Shown one piece after another: positions 36,485 to 45,685 of a stretch of 64,000 nt of DNA (positions are counted from its first letter, which is position 1; each line of letters starts with the position of its first letter). Where the stretch lies: assembly GCA_051382295.1 (NCBI GenBank), contig JBBCAW010000002.1, forward strand, positions 23,641-87,640. The letters are read 5' to 3'. The position numbers and the translations under genes are program-made. The notes beneath the pieces were generated by a model. It saw only the letters and a list, made by a program, of their open reading frames with translations, searched no databases and was not told the DNA's origin. The DNA comes from Bdellovibrionota bacterium FG-1 (GTDB taxonomy: Bacteria; Bdellovibrionota; UBA1018).

Positions 36485-38049
36485 GTGAGGTGCGGTTTAC
36501 GACAAATATACAGGATATCAGCAAACAAGAAATGGCTACATTTTCTGGATTGGACGCTAAATCCTTTTTTTCGAAGGGAGCCTTCCCATTGGTTTTGGGA
36601 ACGAAACTGAAGCTCCGTTTTCTTTTCAGAGCGGGTAAACCCCGTTGCCGTCGCTAATTTTTCGTAAGCGCGGTTGAACGTCGAGGTCGCTCCTTGCTCG
36701 GGGTTAACCTCCCGGACAATCAACGTCCCGCCGGGCTCAAGCAAATCAAAGGCCTGGGTAAAAAGGCGTTCCTGTTCTGCATAAGGAAAATAATGCATGA
36801 CATCAATCATGGAAATGCCCGCAACACTTCCAGGTTTGACCCCGATTCCCGTTTGTCCGGGGTCACTGAGGGTTCCTTGCGAGTAGTTGAGATTTGTTAC
36901 GGCTTGGCCGGCGTTTTGGGCAAGATGGATTCGGTCGGCGTCATGATCGAGTCCTAGGACCGTTCTGTTGGGGGCATTGAGCGCTAAGGCCAGTGAAAAT
37001 AAACCGTGACCGCAGCCCAAATCGAGAACGACTCCTTGAGACGGAAGGTGGGCGGCCATTTTCAAATAGGGCGTCAAACGCCAGCGGGCTTCTAAAAAAA
37101 ATCGAGTGCCAAGCGGGGTTTTTGGATAACGGCTCAGAATTTGCGAAGGACGAAAAGAGATCAAACCGGGCCCGTAAGCTTTTTTGAAGACATTACGGAA
37201 GGTGATTCGGGTCAGCCAAAAAGCGGCCAGAATGCTTTCGCGAATGACTCGAACGGTGCTTTTTTCAGAGTTGAGATGAAGAACCACGGGCAGTTCCATG
37301 TGGCGATAGCCCAAGCCGGCGGCGGCGAGAAAAAACTCCAGATCAAAAAAAAAGCCCGGACAAACTTGGCGCTCAAAGCCCGCGCAAGCCAAGCGGCGGG
37401 ACATGGCCTTGAGTCCGGCTTGCGTATCCGTGGTATGGATCGGAAAAAGCCATTGGACAACGCGATTAAAGGCCAAGCCCAGGCGGTGTCGTTTGTAAGC
37501 TAAAGGAAGTAAGCCCACCGGAATATCAAAAATACTCGTTTTGAGCCTGCGATTACCGGTGACGAGGTCTGCGCCTTCCCGAAGTTCGCGGGCGGCGACA
37601 TCAAAAAAATCCAGGTCATAAGGAAGGTCAGCGTCCGTAAAAAAAACCAGTCGACCGCGGGAGCTTTTAAAACCCGTTCGAAGGGCCGCGCCCTTTCCTT
37701 GCGGAAGACGATGAATACTCACCCGAACATGATCGAATTTTCGGGCAAGCTCTTGTGAAACTTCAATGGATCGATCGGGTTGCGAACCTGGCTTTTGATA
37801 AACCGGAGGGTTGGGGATGAGGATAATCTCAAAGGAGTCGCCAAAAGTATGGGTCAAAAACCGCGAGGCCACTGAAACGGTTTCAGCCAGGGAGTCGGCT
37901 GCGCCCCGGGCCGGAATCAGCAAAGAAACCTCAAGCGACGGCGTGGGATGCTCTAATTCACCCAGTGCACCGAGCGCGCGCATTTCGGCCCAGAGGGGAG
38001 GCTGTTTTGCGTGAGTGGGCAACGGATTAGATTGAGCGAGTGGCGTCAT
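36481..38049 (-). CDS. Fusion: DPM1/Alg5-like GT2 + class I SAM methyltransferase
   Basis: GKGAALRTG, FTDADL, DTQAGLK, FDLE; VLDLGCGHG, DVMHY, LEPGGTLIVRE; start placed at MTPLAQ. Confidence 0.85.
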   Translation of the reverse strand: MTPLAQSNPLPTHAKQPPLWAEMRALGALGELEHPTPSLEVSLLIPARGAADSLAETVSVASRFLTHTFGDSFEIILIPNPPVYQKPGSQPDRSIEVSQELARKFDHVRVSIHRLPQGKGAALRTGFKSSRGRLVFFTDADLPYDLDFFDVAARELREGADLVTGNRRLKTSIFDIPVGLLPLAYKRHRLGLAFNRVVQWLFPIHTTDTQAGLKAMSRRLACAGFERQVCPGFFFDLEFFLAAAGLGYRHMELPVVLHLNSEKSTVRVIRESILAAFWLTRITFRNVFKKAYGPGLISFRPSQILSRYPKTPLGTRFFLEARWRLTPYLKMAAHLPSQGVVLDLGCGHGLFSLALALNAPNRTVLGLDHDADRIHLAQNAGQAVTNLNYSQGTLSDPGQTGIGVKPGSVAGISMIDVMHYFPYAEQERLFTQAFDLLEPGGTLIVREVNPEQGATSTFNRAYEKLATATGFTRSEKKTELQFRSQNQWEGSLRKKGFSVQSRKCSHFLFADILYICRKPHLT

Positions 38050-39121
38050 CCACTTGAGCCTCAAATTGCGAAAGCATCTCAAAAATGAGTTCAGCGTCCG
38101 CTACGCTTTGAAGCGCAAGTCCGCAGGCGGGGGTATAAAGAGCTTGTTTCAGGACTTTTCGCACCAGATCCTGATCCGCGCCAAATGCACTTTTGAGGTC
38201 GCCGATGAGGGCCTGCACCAGAGCTCCGACATCCAGCGAACGAAGGATTCCGGGGCGTCCAGTAGGAATCACACCTAGGGCCAAACGGCCGTCACTTTCG
38301 ATAAAACGACGCAAACCCGGACCACAGGCCAAAAGACTCCCGAGAGAAAGCGAAACATCGATGGACAGATAATTTAAAGGGAGCGCAAGAACCGCGTTCC
38401 AATCCGTGTTGCTGCAACAATGAAGTCCAACTAAGACGCCCTCTTTGCGGAGTGCCTGAATCATGACTTTAAGTTCTTGAAGTGCCATGACGTGGCGAGG
38501 ATTGGAGGGTGAAAAACCGTAGAGTCCCGGTTCATCGAGAAAAAGAAGCGGCTGCGCCCCTTGTTCCTTAATTCGGGCTGACATGGCTAGGGCTCGAGCC
38601 ATGACGAGTCGAAAAATTTGAGTCGAAAGTTCAGGGTTTTTTTCGCCAAAGGCTAAAGCAGAAATCGATTTCCCAGAGCTATCATGAAGTTGTAAAACCC
38701 ATTGGGAAGTCATGGGTCCGGCAATTTGCATTTTAGCGATGGGGGTTTCACGTTCTGCAAGCTCCCAAATGAAAGGCTGCCAACAACTCGAAATCGAGGG
38801 CGTGGGTTCAAAAAGGGAGAGGGCCGACAAGGGAGTCGAGGACGCTCCACCCCGAAACGCGGATTCGAGTTTAGCGTTAAAATCCGAGGTGCGCGAGAAC
38901 CAGATATCCGTGTTTAACGTGACTGAACCGTCTTTGCCTGCTTGCAAGCCTGGCAAGCCTTCCAGGGCTTGGGCGATCATGTATTCCCAGGGGTTGCGAA
39001 TCGGAATTTGGGGCAGGTAGGGAATTCCAAATCGAAAGGAGTGTTCCAATGCCGCATCGACATTGTGATGCGGAAGACTGCCAATGCCCGTGGTCCAAGG
39101 GCGTTTATCGATTGTCGTCAT
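38027..39121 (-). CDS. Single-barrel (core) MetE-like methionine synthase homolog
   Basis: TTGIGSLPH, PQIP, GPMT, LDEP, LHCC, TPACGL. Confidence 0.8.
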   Translation of the reverse strand: MTTIDKRPWTTGIGSLPHHNVDAALEHSFRFGIPYLPQIPIRNPWEYMIAQALEGLPGLQAGKDGSVTLNTDIWFSRTSDFNAKLESAFRGGASSTPLSALSLFEPTPSISSCWQPFIWELAERETPIAKMQIAGPMTSQWVLQLHDSSGKSISALAFGEKNPELSTQIFRLVMARALAMSARIKEQGAQPLLFLDEPGLYGFSPSNPRHVMALQELKVMIQALRKEGVLVGLHCCSNTDWNAVLALPLNYLSIDVSLSLGSLLACGPGLRRFIESDGRLALGVIPTGRPGILRSLDVGALVQALIGDLKSAFGADQDLVRKVLKQALYTPACGLALQSVADAELIFEMLSQFEAQVDDATRSI

Positions 39122-42100
39122 CTAAGCCTCCGCGTTGTGAGCCCGTTGAACCCACTGAAAAGTAGGAGGCTTGGGGATGATGGAACACGAGCGCCGAAAC
39201 GCTTGATTCAGGATCCATCATAAAGCCATCCGTCAGATTGACTCCAATTTCATCTGGGTTCAAGAGCTTCCAAAGTAAGGCCTGGTCGTCTAATCGGGGA
39301 CAAGCAGGGTAGCCAAATGAATAACGCTTTCCTTGGTATTTGGCTTGAAATCGATCCATCATCGTCATTTCGGGGGTATCCGGATAGCCCCACATTCTTC
39401 GAAGCTGGGAGTGCAGCCATTCCGCGTAAGCTTCGGCGGATTCCAGGGCGAGCGCCTGAATAATATGGGATTTGAGATAATCTCCCCAGTTTTTCAGATT
39501 TTCGGAGAGTTCGCGAACCCCTTTACCGACGCTCACGACAAAAAACGCGACGTTATCCTGAAGGTCAGCGGGGTTTGGAATTTGGCCCGGCTGCGCGACT
39601 GGAAGAGTGTAATCTGAAAGGCAAAGCCCATCGACCTTTTGCTGGCGTGGAAACTCAAAAGTCACGGGCAGGCATTTTTCTTGGGAGTGCGGGAAAACCA
39701 AGAGCCGAGAGCCATCGGCCGCTGCTTTGAAAAAGCGGTAAACGGCCGACGGTCTCAGTACGTCGGTGCCTTTATACTCGTCTTTGACCTCTTGAACAGC
39801 CTTCCAAATCGCTAGGGATTTTGGGTCCTGCTCCTCAAGTTCGGCCCGAATTTTTTGATCTGTGACGGCGGCTTCGAGTTTGCGCACCACGCCCCCTTTG
39901 ATCCCTAGGTGGCGTCCATAAAGCATGAGGGGATTGATAAATTTCCAAACAGGCTCAATCGGGCTGTTTCGCAAAATATGTCGTTCGAAATCGGGGGGAG
40001 CGGGGATTTCACGTTCCGTCAGTAACGCTAAAGTACTGGGGCGGCGATCGGGCTCAGCCGTTACCGCCACTCGTGCGGTGGGTACTTTGGCCTTCGAGGC
40101 GGCTCGTCTGGTCGCGAGTTCTTCTTTGAATTTTGAAAAGCGCTCGGGATCCACGATGGTTTTTGCCAAATCTAAGCCCGACATGGCATCGGAGGCATAG
40201 GCCACTGTTCCGGAGTAGGCTCGGGCAATTTGATTATCCACAAAATTGCTCGAAAGTGCGGCCCCACCCACCATCATGGGGGTCTGAACTCCGGCGCGAG
40301 TAAAGTCTTCGGCCGTGGTGACCATTTGATGAGCCGATTTGACGAGCAGGCCTGAAAGACCAACGATGTCCGGTTGATGTTCTCGAACCGCCGCGATCAA
40401 TTGTTCAGGGGGAATTTTGATTCCGAGATTGACGACTTTAAAACCATTATTGGAAAGAATAATTTCGACGAGGTTTTTGCCGATATCATGCACATCTCCT
40501 TTGACCGTGGCCAAAAGAATCTTGCCTCGCGAGGAGCTTTCATTTTTTTCCATGTGGGGCTCGAGATGTGAAACCGCCGCCTTCATGGCTTCCGCGGATT
40601 GCAGCACCTCGGCGACAATGAGCTGGTTGGCATTAAACAGGCGACCGACTTCATCCATTCCCTTCATGAGCGGCCCATTGATAATTTCCAGGGGCTTCAT
40701 CGTTTGCAGGCATTCCGCCAGGTCTTCCGCTAAGCCATCTTTGGAGCCCTCGATGATATAGCGAGGCAGGCGCTCCATGAGGGGAAGTTGGATCTTCTTT
40801 GCGTTCTTCCGTTCCTGCCCATTGGCACTGAGGGCCCTAAAATGCGCGGCAAACGCTGCCACGGGGTCTTTCCCTCGGTTGAAAAGCAAATTGTCAGAGA
40901 GGAGTTTTTCTTCTTCCGGAATGGATGCGTATCGCTCCAGTTTTTCGGCATTCACGATGGCCAAATCCAAGCCGGCTTGCACGCAGTGATACAGAAAAAC
41001 AGAGTTCAGAACTTCGCGACCGGCAGTAGGAAGGCCAAAACTTACATTTGAGATTCCGAGCACGGTTTTAGTGCGCGGAAATTTCTGTTTAATCAGTCGA
41101 ATTCCTTCGATCGTTTCCTGGGCTGAGCCCACATATTGTGCATCCCCCGTGGCGCAAGGGAAAACCAAGGGATCCCAATAGATGTCTTCGGGCGCAATAC
41201 CATATTTTTCGGTCAAAAGCTGATACGAGCGCTCCGCGATCGCAAGTTTGCGGTCACGCGAAACCCCCATGCCATGAATGGGGTCGTCGTCAATCGTGCC
41301 GACGACCAGGGCGGCGCCGTATTTTTTTGCCAACGGAATGACTTTTTCATACCGGTCTTCGCCATCTTCAAGATTAATCGAATTGATGATGGCCTTGCCT
41401 TGGCAATAGGTGAGCGCGAGTTCAATGACTTCTTCATCGGTCGAATCGATCATGAGCGGCGTGCGAATTTTTTTGACTGCGAACTCCATAAAGCTTCGCA
41501 TATCCTCAATCTCGTTACGGTCAGGGTTGGCCAAGCAGATATCGATGATGTGCGCGCTGTTTTTAATCTGCGCGCGCGCGATTTCGGCGCCTTCTTCAAA
41601 TTTGCCTTCGCAAATGAGGGTTTTGAATTTCTTGCTCCCAATCACATTGGTGCGCTCGCCGACAATCAAAGGCCGCATTTCGTCGGTGATTTCGAGGTAA
41701 TCCACGCCCGAAAGGAACGACCGGGGCTGGGGTTGTGGGATGCGGGGTTTGCCGGTTTGAGCGAGATCTGAAAGGGAATGGATGTGGCCGGCATGGGTTC
41801 CACAGCAACCCCCCAAAACATTGATCCAGCCGTTGGCGATAAAGCGCGAAAGGACTTTGGATACCATTTCGGGGGTTTCGAGGTAGCAGCCATTTTCGTC
41901 GGGAAGTCCAGCGTTGGGCACACAAGCCACGCGAAAGCGTGAATACTTGGCCAAAGAGCGAATGTGGTCCGTCATGAATTCCGGACCCGTGGCGCAATTG
42001 ATGCCGATATACAGCAGCTCGCGGTGATTGAGCGAGGCCATAAGGGCTTCGACGGATTGACCCGCGAGCATCGTCCCGGTGGGTTCGATGGTGCCGGAGA

Positions 42101-42701
42101 CGGCAATCGGAATAGAAAAGCCGACTTCATCAAATAGGCGGTCTAGCCCCAGTAAAGCGGCCTTAATATTGCGGGTGTCTTGGCAGGTTTCGATCAAAAA
42201 GTAATCGACCTGACCTTCGAGCATGGATTTGCATTGAAGGTAAAAATTTTCAATGAGCGAATCAAAGGTGATTCCACCCGTGACTGAAATCGCTTTAGTA
42301 GTCGGGCCGATGGAGCCCGCGACAAAGCGGGGTTTTTCGGGAGTACTGAATTTGTCCGCCGCTGCGCGGGCCAAGCGAGCAGCTGCGAGATTAATCTCGT
42401 GTGCTCGGGCCCCGAGGCCGTATTCGTCCAAAACCACCGGGGCGCCGCCAAAGGTATTGCTTTCGATGATGTCACAGCCGGCCTTCAGGTATTCCTCGTG
42501 GATATCTCGAATGACGTCCGGTCGGGTGATGACGAGGTATTCGTTGCAGCCTTCGATATCGACGCCCCCAAAGTCGTGAGCGGTGAGGTTCCGATTTTGA
42601 ATGGCGGTGCCCATAGCGCCGTCGAGCACTAAAATGCGTTCATTGAGGGCGCGTTGGAGGGTCTCGGTCCTAAGCCTGGCTGCGTTTGAATTAAATTTCA
42701 T
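39105..42701 (-). CDS. metH: Cobalamin-dependent methionine synthase
   Basis: LDGAMGT, GINCATGP, GGCCGT, GERTN, GDVHDIGKNLV, RYSFGYPACP. Confidence 0.98.
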   Translation of the reverse strand: MKFNSNAARLRTETLQRALNERILVLDGAMGTAIQNRNLTAHDFGGVDIEGCNEYLVITRPDVIRDIHEEYLKAGCDIIESNTFGGAPVVLDEYGLGARAHEINLAAARLARAAADKFSTPEKPRFVAGSIGPTTKAISVTGGITFDSLIENFYLQCKSMLEGQVDYFLIETCQDTRNIKAALLGLDRLFDEVGFSIPIAVSGTIEPTGTMLAGQSVEALMASLNHRELLYIGINCATGPEFMTDHIRSLAKYSRFRVACVPNAGLPDENGCYLETPEMVSKVLSRFIANGWINVLGGCCGTHAGHIHSLSDLAQTGKPRIPQPQPRSFLSGVDYLEITDEMRPLIVGERTNVIGSKKFKTLICEGKFEEGAEIARAQIKNSAHIIDICLANPDRNEIEDMRSFMEFAVKKIRTPLMIDSTDEEVIELALTYCQGKAIINSINLEDGEDRYEKVIPLAKKYGAALVVGTIDDDPIHGMGVSRDRKLAIAERSYQLLTEKYGIAPEDIYWDPLVFPCATGDAQYVGSAQETIEGIRLIKQKFPRTKTVLGISNVSFGLPTAGREVLNSVFLYHCVQAGLDLAIVNAEKLERYASIPEEEKLLSDNLLFNRGKDPVAAFAAHFRALSANGQERKNAKKIQLPLMERLPRYIIEGSKDGLAEDLAECLQTMKPLEIINGPLMKGMDEVGRLFNANQLIVAEVLQSAEAMKAAVSHLEPHMEKNESSSRGKILLATVKGDVHDIGKNLVEIILSNNGFKVVNLGIKIPPEQLIAAVREHQPDIVGLSGLLVKSAHQMVTTAEDFTRAGVQTPMMVGGAALSSNFVDNQIARAYSGTVAYASDAMSGLDLAKTIVDPERFSKFKEELATRRAASKAKVPTARVAVTAEPDRRPSTLALLTEREIPAPPDFERHILRNSPIEPVWKFINPLMLYGRHLGIKGGVVRKLEAAVTDQKIRAELEEQDPKSLAIWKAVQEVKDEYKGTDVLRPSAVYRFFKAAADGSRLLVFPHSQEKCLPVTFEFPRQQKVDGLCLSDYTLPVAQPGQIPNPADLQDNVAFFVVSVGKGVRELSENLKNWGDYLKSHIIQALALESAEAYAEWLHSQLRRMWGYPDTPEMTMMDRFQAKYQGKRYSFGYPACPRLDDQALLWKLLNPDEIGVNLTDGFMMDPESSVSALVFHHPQASYFSVGSTGSQRGGLDDDNR

Positions 42702-42884
42702 GGCCTCGTAACCCTAGCGCAGTCAAACGCGGGCTGCAACGATTGTTGAAGTAACAGAGTTCATATCGGAGCGAACGCCGATGTCGGTGTTGTGGCGTGT
42801 CTAAATCGCCAGAGCGTCGTGGTAGTTGTTTCGCAAGTATTGGATGTTAAATGATAATCATACGTTATTATTGGGGTGAATCGC

Positions 42885-42914
42885 TTGACAATGTGATCAC
42901 TTTGTGATTACATT
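42885..42914 (+). promoter_or_regulatory. Sigma70 promoter overlapped by a palindromic operator
   Basis: TTGACA-N18-TACATT; AATGTGATCAC-TTT-GTGATTACATT (one mismatch). Confidence 0.75.
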
Positions 42915-42919
42915 TGGGA

Positions 42920-43174
42920 ATGAGGTTAAAGGTCGTGCCCATTGGCAACTCAAAAGGCATCCGAATTCCTAAGCCGCTTCTCGAGCAATGTGGAATTGAC
43001 CGCGAAGTCGAGATAGAGGCCGAAGGCAATACGCTTATTTTGCGTGCAGTTCAAAAAAAGCCGCGCAAAGGCTGGGACAAGGCTTTTCAGAAGATGGCGG
43101 CGCAAGGCGATGATTTGCCATTGGATCCTCCAACCCTCACCGCGTGGGAAGAAGCAGAATGGGAATGGAAATAA
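42920..43174 (+). CDS. mazE: AbrB/MazE antitoxin
   Basis: IGNSKGIRIPK, PRKGW..AF, acidic EWEW tail. Confidence 0.9.
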   Translation: MRLKVVPIGNSKGIRIPKPLLEQCGIDREVEIEAEGNTLILRAVQKKPRKGWDKAFQKMAAQGDDLPLDPPTLTAWEEAEWEWK

Positions 43175-43488
43175 GACGATTTGATGTATTTTTGGTCAAT
43201 CTTGACCCAACTCAGGGGAGCGAAATTCAAAAGACTCGGCCCTTTCTTGTTGTTTCGCCAGACGAGATTAATCAATATTTACGAACCATCATCATCGCGC
43301 CGATGACTTCGCGTTGTCGCGAGTACCCCACTCGGATTCCTTGCCATCAAGGGGGGAAGGATGGAGAGATTGTGCTCGATCAACTTCGAACCGTGGATCG
43401 TAGCCGTCTAATCAAGAAATTAGGAAGCCTGGATCACCGCACTCAGCGGGCGGTTCTTCATGGCCTGGCAGAACTGTTTGCGCCTTAG
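43159..43488 (+). CDS. mazF: PemK/MazF toxin
   Basis: VNLDPTQGSEIQKTRP..VVSP, APMTS, DQLRTVD..RL. Confidence 0.93.
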   Translation: MGMEIRRFDVFLVNLDPTQGSEIQKTRPFLVVSPDEINQYLRTIIIAPMTSRCREYPTRIPCHQGGKDGEIVLDQLRTVDRSRLIKKLGSLDHRTQRAVLHGLAELFAP

Positions 43489-43658
43489 TTGACAGGGATT
43501 TAAGGCGCCATGCCATGGATAAACGATTGGGCTCATTCTTTGAGTGAGTGCGATTTACTGCCGCAGTCCGGCAGTTGATGCAACTCATCGCCTTGCGGGT
43601 GTCAAAAGCTTAGACACGCTGAAATGGGTGGAAGTGGAAAATAATTACTGATTTTACC

Positions 43659-43674
43659 GGGCATGTTTTCTGCA
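43659..43674 (+). promoter_or_regulatory. Sigma54-type promoter
   Basis: GGGCATGTTTTCTGCA, preceded by an IHF-like TAATTACTGATTT. Confidence 0.55.
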
Positions 43675-43707
43675 CAAATCTCCTCGGATCATAGACTGAG
43701 GACAAAT

Positions 43708-44940
43708 ATGAAACGCAGTCGAATCTTACTGTTAGGGCTTTTACTGATTTTCACGTTGTGTGGCTTTGGCCCGCTCGAAGAAATTCAAAACCTCACTCCG
43801 AGCCGCGCGTTTTTGCTGCATCTGAAGGCCGGAGATTCTTACACCATTTGTATTCCGGATTACTTGCAACATGATTTGCCTGGGCTGGATCAGGAGTTGG
43901 CGGCTTCGATCAATCTTTGGGGTTATTACATCGGGCGCAATGTCCCGATTCGTTTTGTTACGGCTCACTCCCTGCCGGGTGGTGCACAAGAAAGCTTTGA
44001 AGCCGTGATCAATCGGCATCACAAAGCCTGCGGAAAAGATGTCGATTTGGCCGTGGCGTACGCGAATTTTGAAGAAAGTGATTACATTCATAGCGAAACG
44101 GATCTTTTGTATTATTGGAGTCCGGTCAAGGGGACCGTACAGAAAAAGCCGGACCATATTCGCCGAGGACTTCTGCTGAGACGACCGAAAAAAGACGATG
44201 GGTTTCAGTGGCAGTCTTTTTCGAAGGGGCAAAACCCCGCACCCTCGGCCGAGCAAATTTTAGAGATGCTCAAAAAAAGAAATCTGCAATTTTATCATCC
44301 AGAATTTAGAAAACATGCATCGTCGTTGCGAATAATGCTCCACGAAACCGGCCATATGTGGGGCCTTTGCGACATGTACAATACCGACGACAAAGAAGGC
44401 ACGAATTGCGATCCGACCTTTACCGAGACCGACAAGTCTGGGACGATATTCTTCGCGAATGACACGATCATGAGTCTCTCTGGCGCTTTGCAAACCCATT
44501 ACCTGACTGATAACGATATCGCGGGGATTCAGGCACTTGCTAAGAGATCGACCGTGCAGCCTCCCCTTTCTGAAGCGCAGCTGAAGGCGATTTTCGTCCA
44601 GCCGATCGAGCACCGAGCGATTGAATTATTGAAAATAAAAAGTCTGGAGTCCATCGGAGGTCATCAGATTCAGCTTCAGTATGCACTATTTACTAATACC
44701 CCGTATCATATCAGCGTGGAGTTATTTCGGGGCGATCATTCCGAAACCGTCGATCTTGGAAATTACTTGAACGCGGTTCAAAATCAAAATGAGTCCCTGA
44801 GTATTCCGGATCGTAATCTCGCGGACTATGATCGCATTCGGTTGACCGTGGCTGAAATGCCGGAAGGTGCGGCCTATAAGGCGATGCCAGCTCCCGGCGC
44901 GGTGTTTTTGGAAGATGGGATGGCGGTTCAGGCTAAGTGA
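43708..44940 (+). CDS. Exported metzincin-like metalloprotease
   Basis: Signal peptide, HETGHMWGLCD (HExxHxxGxxD), TIMS Met-turn, LTDNDIAGI. Confidence 0.8.
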   Translation: MKRSRILLLGLLLIFTLCGFGPLEEIQNLTPSRAFLLHLKAGDSYTICIPDYLQHDLPGLDQELAASINLWGYYIGRNVPIRFVTAHSLPGGAQESFEAVINRHHKACGKDVDLAVAYANFEESDYIHSETDLLYYWSPVKGTVQKKPDHIRRGLLLRRPKKDDGFQWQSFSKGQNPAPSAEQILEMLKKRNLQFYHPEFRKHASSLRIMLHETGHMWGLCDMYNTDDKEGTNCDPTFTETDKSGTIFFANDTIMSLSGALQTHYLTDNDIAGIQALAKRSTVQPPLSEAQLKAIFVQPIEHRAIELLKIKSLESIGGHQIQLQYALFTNTPYHISVELFRGDHSETVDLGNYLNAVQNQNESLSIPDRNLADYDRIRLTVAEMPEGAAYKAMPAPGAVFLEDGMAVQAK

Positions 44941-45183
44941 GTGGCGGGCACTTTTTAGGCATTGAACTCGGTTTCAAATGCCTGGACCGTTTTCAAGATC
45001 GTTTCATATTTAAGCCTGTCTATATTCACAAAAATAGCAACTTTTTGTGACAGGTGCCTATTCGTTTAAATTAAAGATACCTATTTATTTCCATCACTTA
45101 AGCTGAATATGCCAAAATATTACAGCAGACAGGTACCTCACCCCTCCTGATCGACTGATCTCTAAAATATTACACAATTTCAG

Positions 45184-45585
45184 CTATTTGAATGGCGGCT
45201 GGGCAATGGCTTGGAGAATGCCAAGATCCAACGGCACCTTCCACGTACGCTGTTTTTGGCGGAGATTTTGGAGCGCAGTTGCAAGTAACGGCGCGGTGAG
45301 CGCGCCTTCGGTTGGATTGGGGGAACGTCGATCAAGGTAGCCGTAAAGGCACTGGCTAAAGTGGGTTCCGGCGGGACATTCGGCGAGGATATCGTCGAGC
45401 CAATGAATTTGCTGCCACAGCCCTTCTTTGAGGCCATCTTGATAGATCGCAAGAGTGGCCGCCCAGGCGCGGTACTCGGCCCAAAGTCCGCGATCAAGAC
45501 CGGCGCTGAGCCATTGGTCTAAAAACTGCGCGTCATTAGCATTGAGGGAATGAGGATCAGAAAACTGAGTAACGAGTTTTTGCAC
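45184..45585 (-). CDS. Hypothetical protein
   Basis: 133-aa ORF only. Confidence 0.45.
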   Translation of the reverse strand: MQKLVTQFSDPHSLNANDAQFLDQWLSAGLDRGLWAEYRAWAATLAIYQDGLKEGLWQQIHWLDDILAECPAGTHFSQCLYGYLDRRSPNPTEGALTAPLLATALQNLRQKQRTWKVPLDLGILQAIAQPPFK

Positions 45586-45685
45586 TCGTCAGTTACTTAT
45601 AAGCTTGATTCTCTTTTTCAAATCATCAGCTGGGCCTGTTTTATGACTAGACGTACCAATTTAAAACTTATATATTTGAGCAGAT

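Noticed and set aside
42702..42884. SAM or cobalamin riboswitch upstream of metH
   Set aside because: No recognisable conserved core seen; a covariance-model search would be needed to exclude it fully
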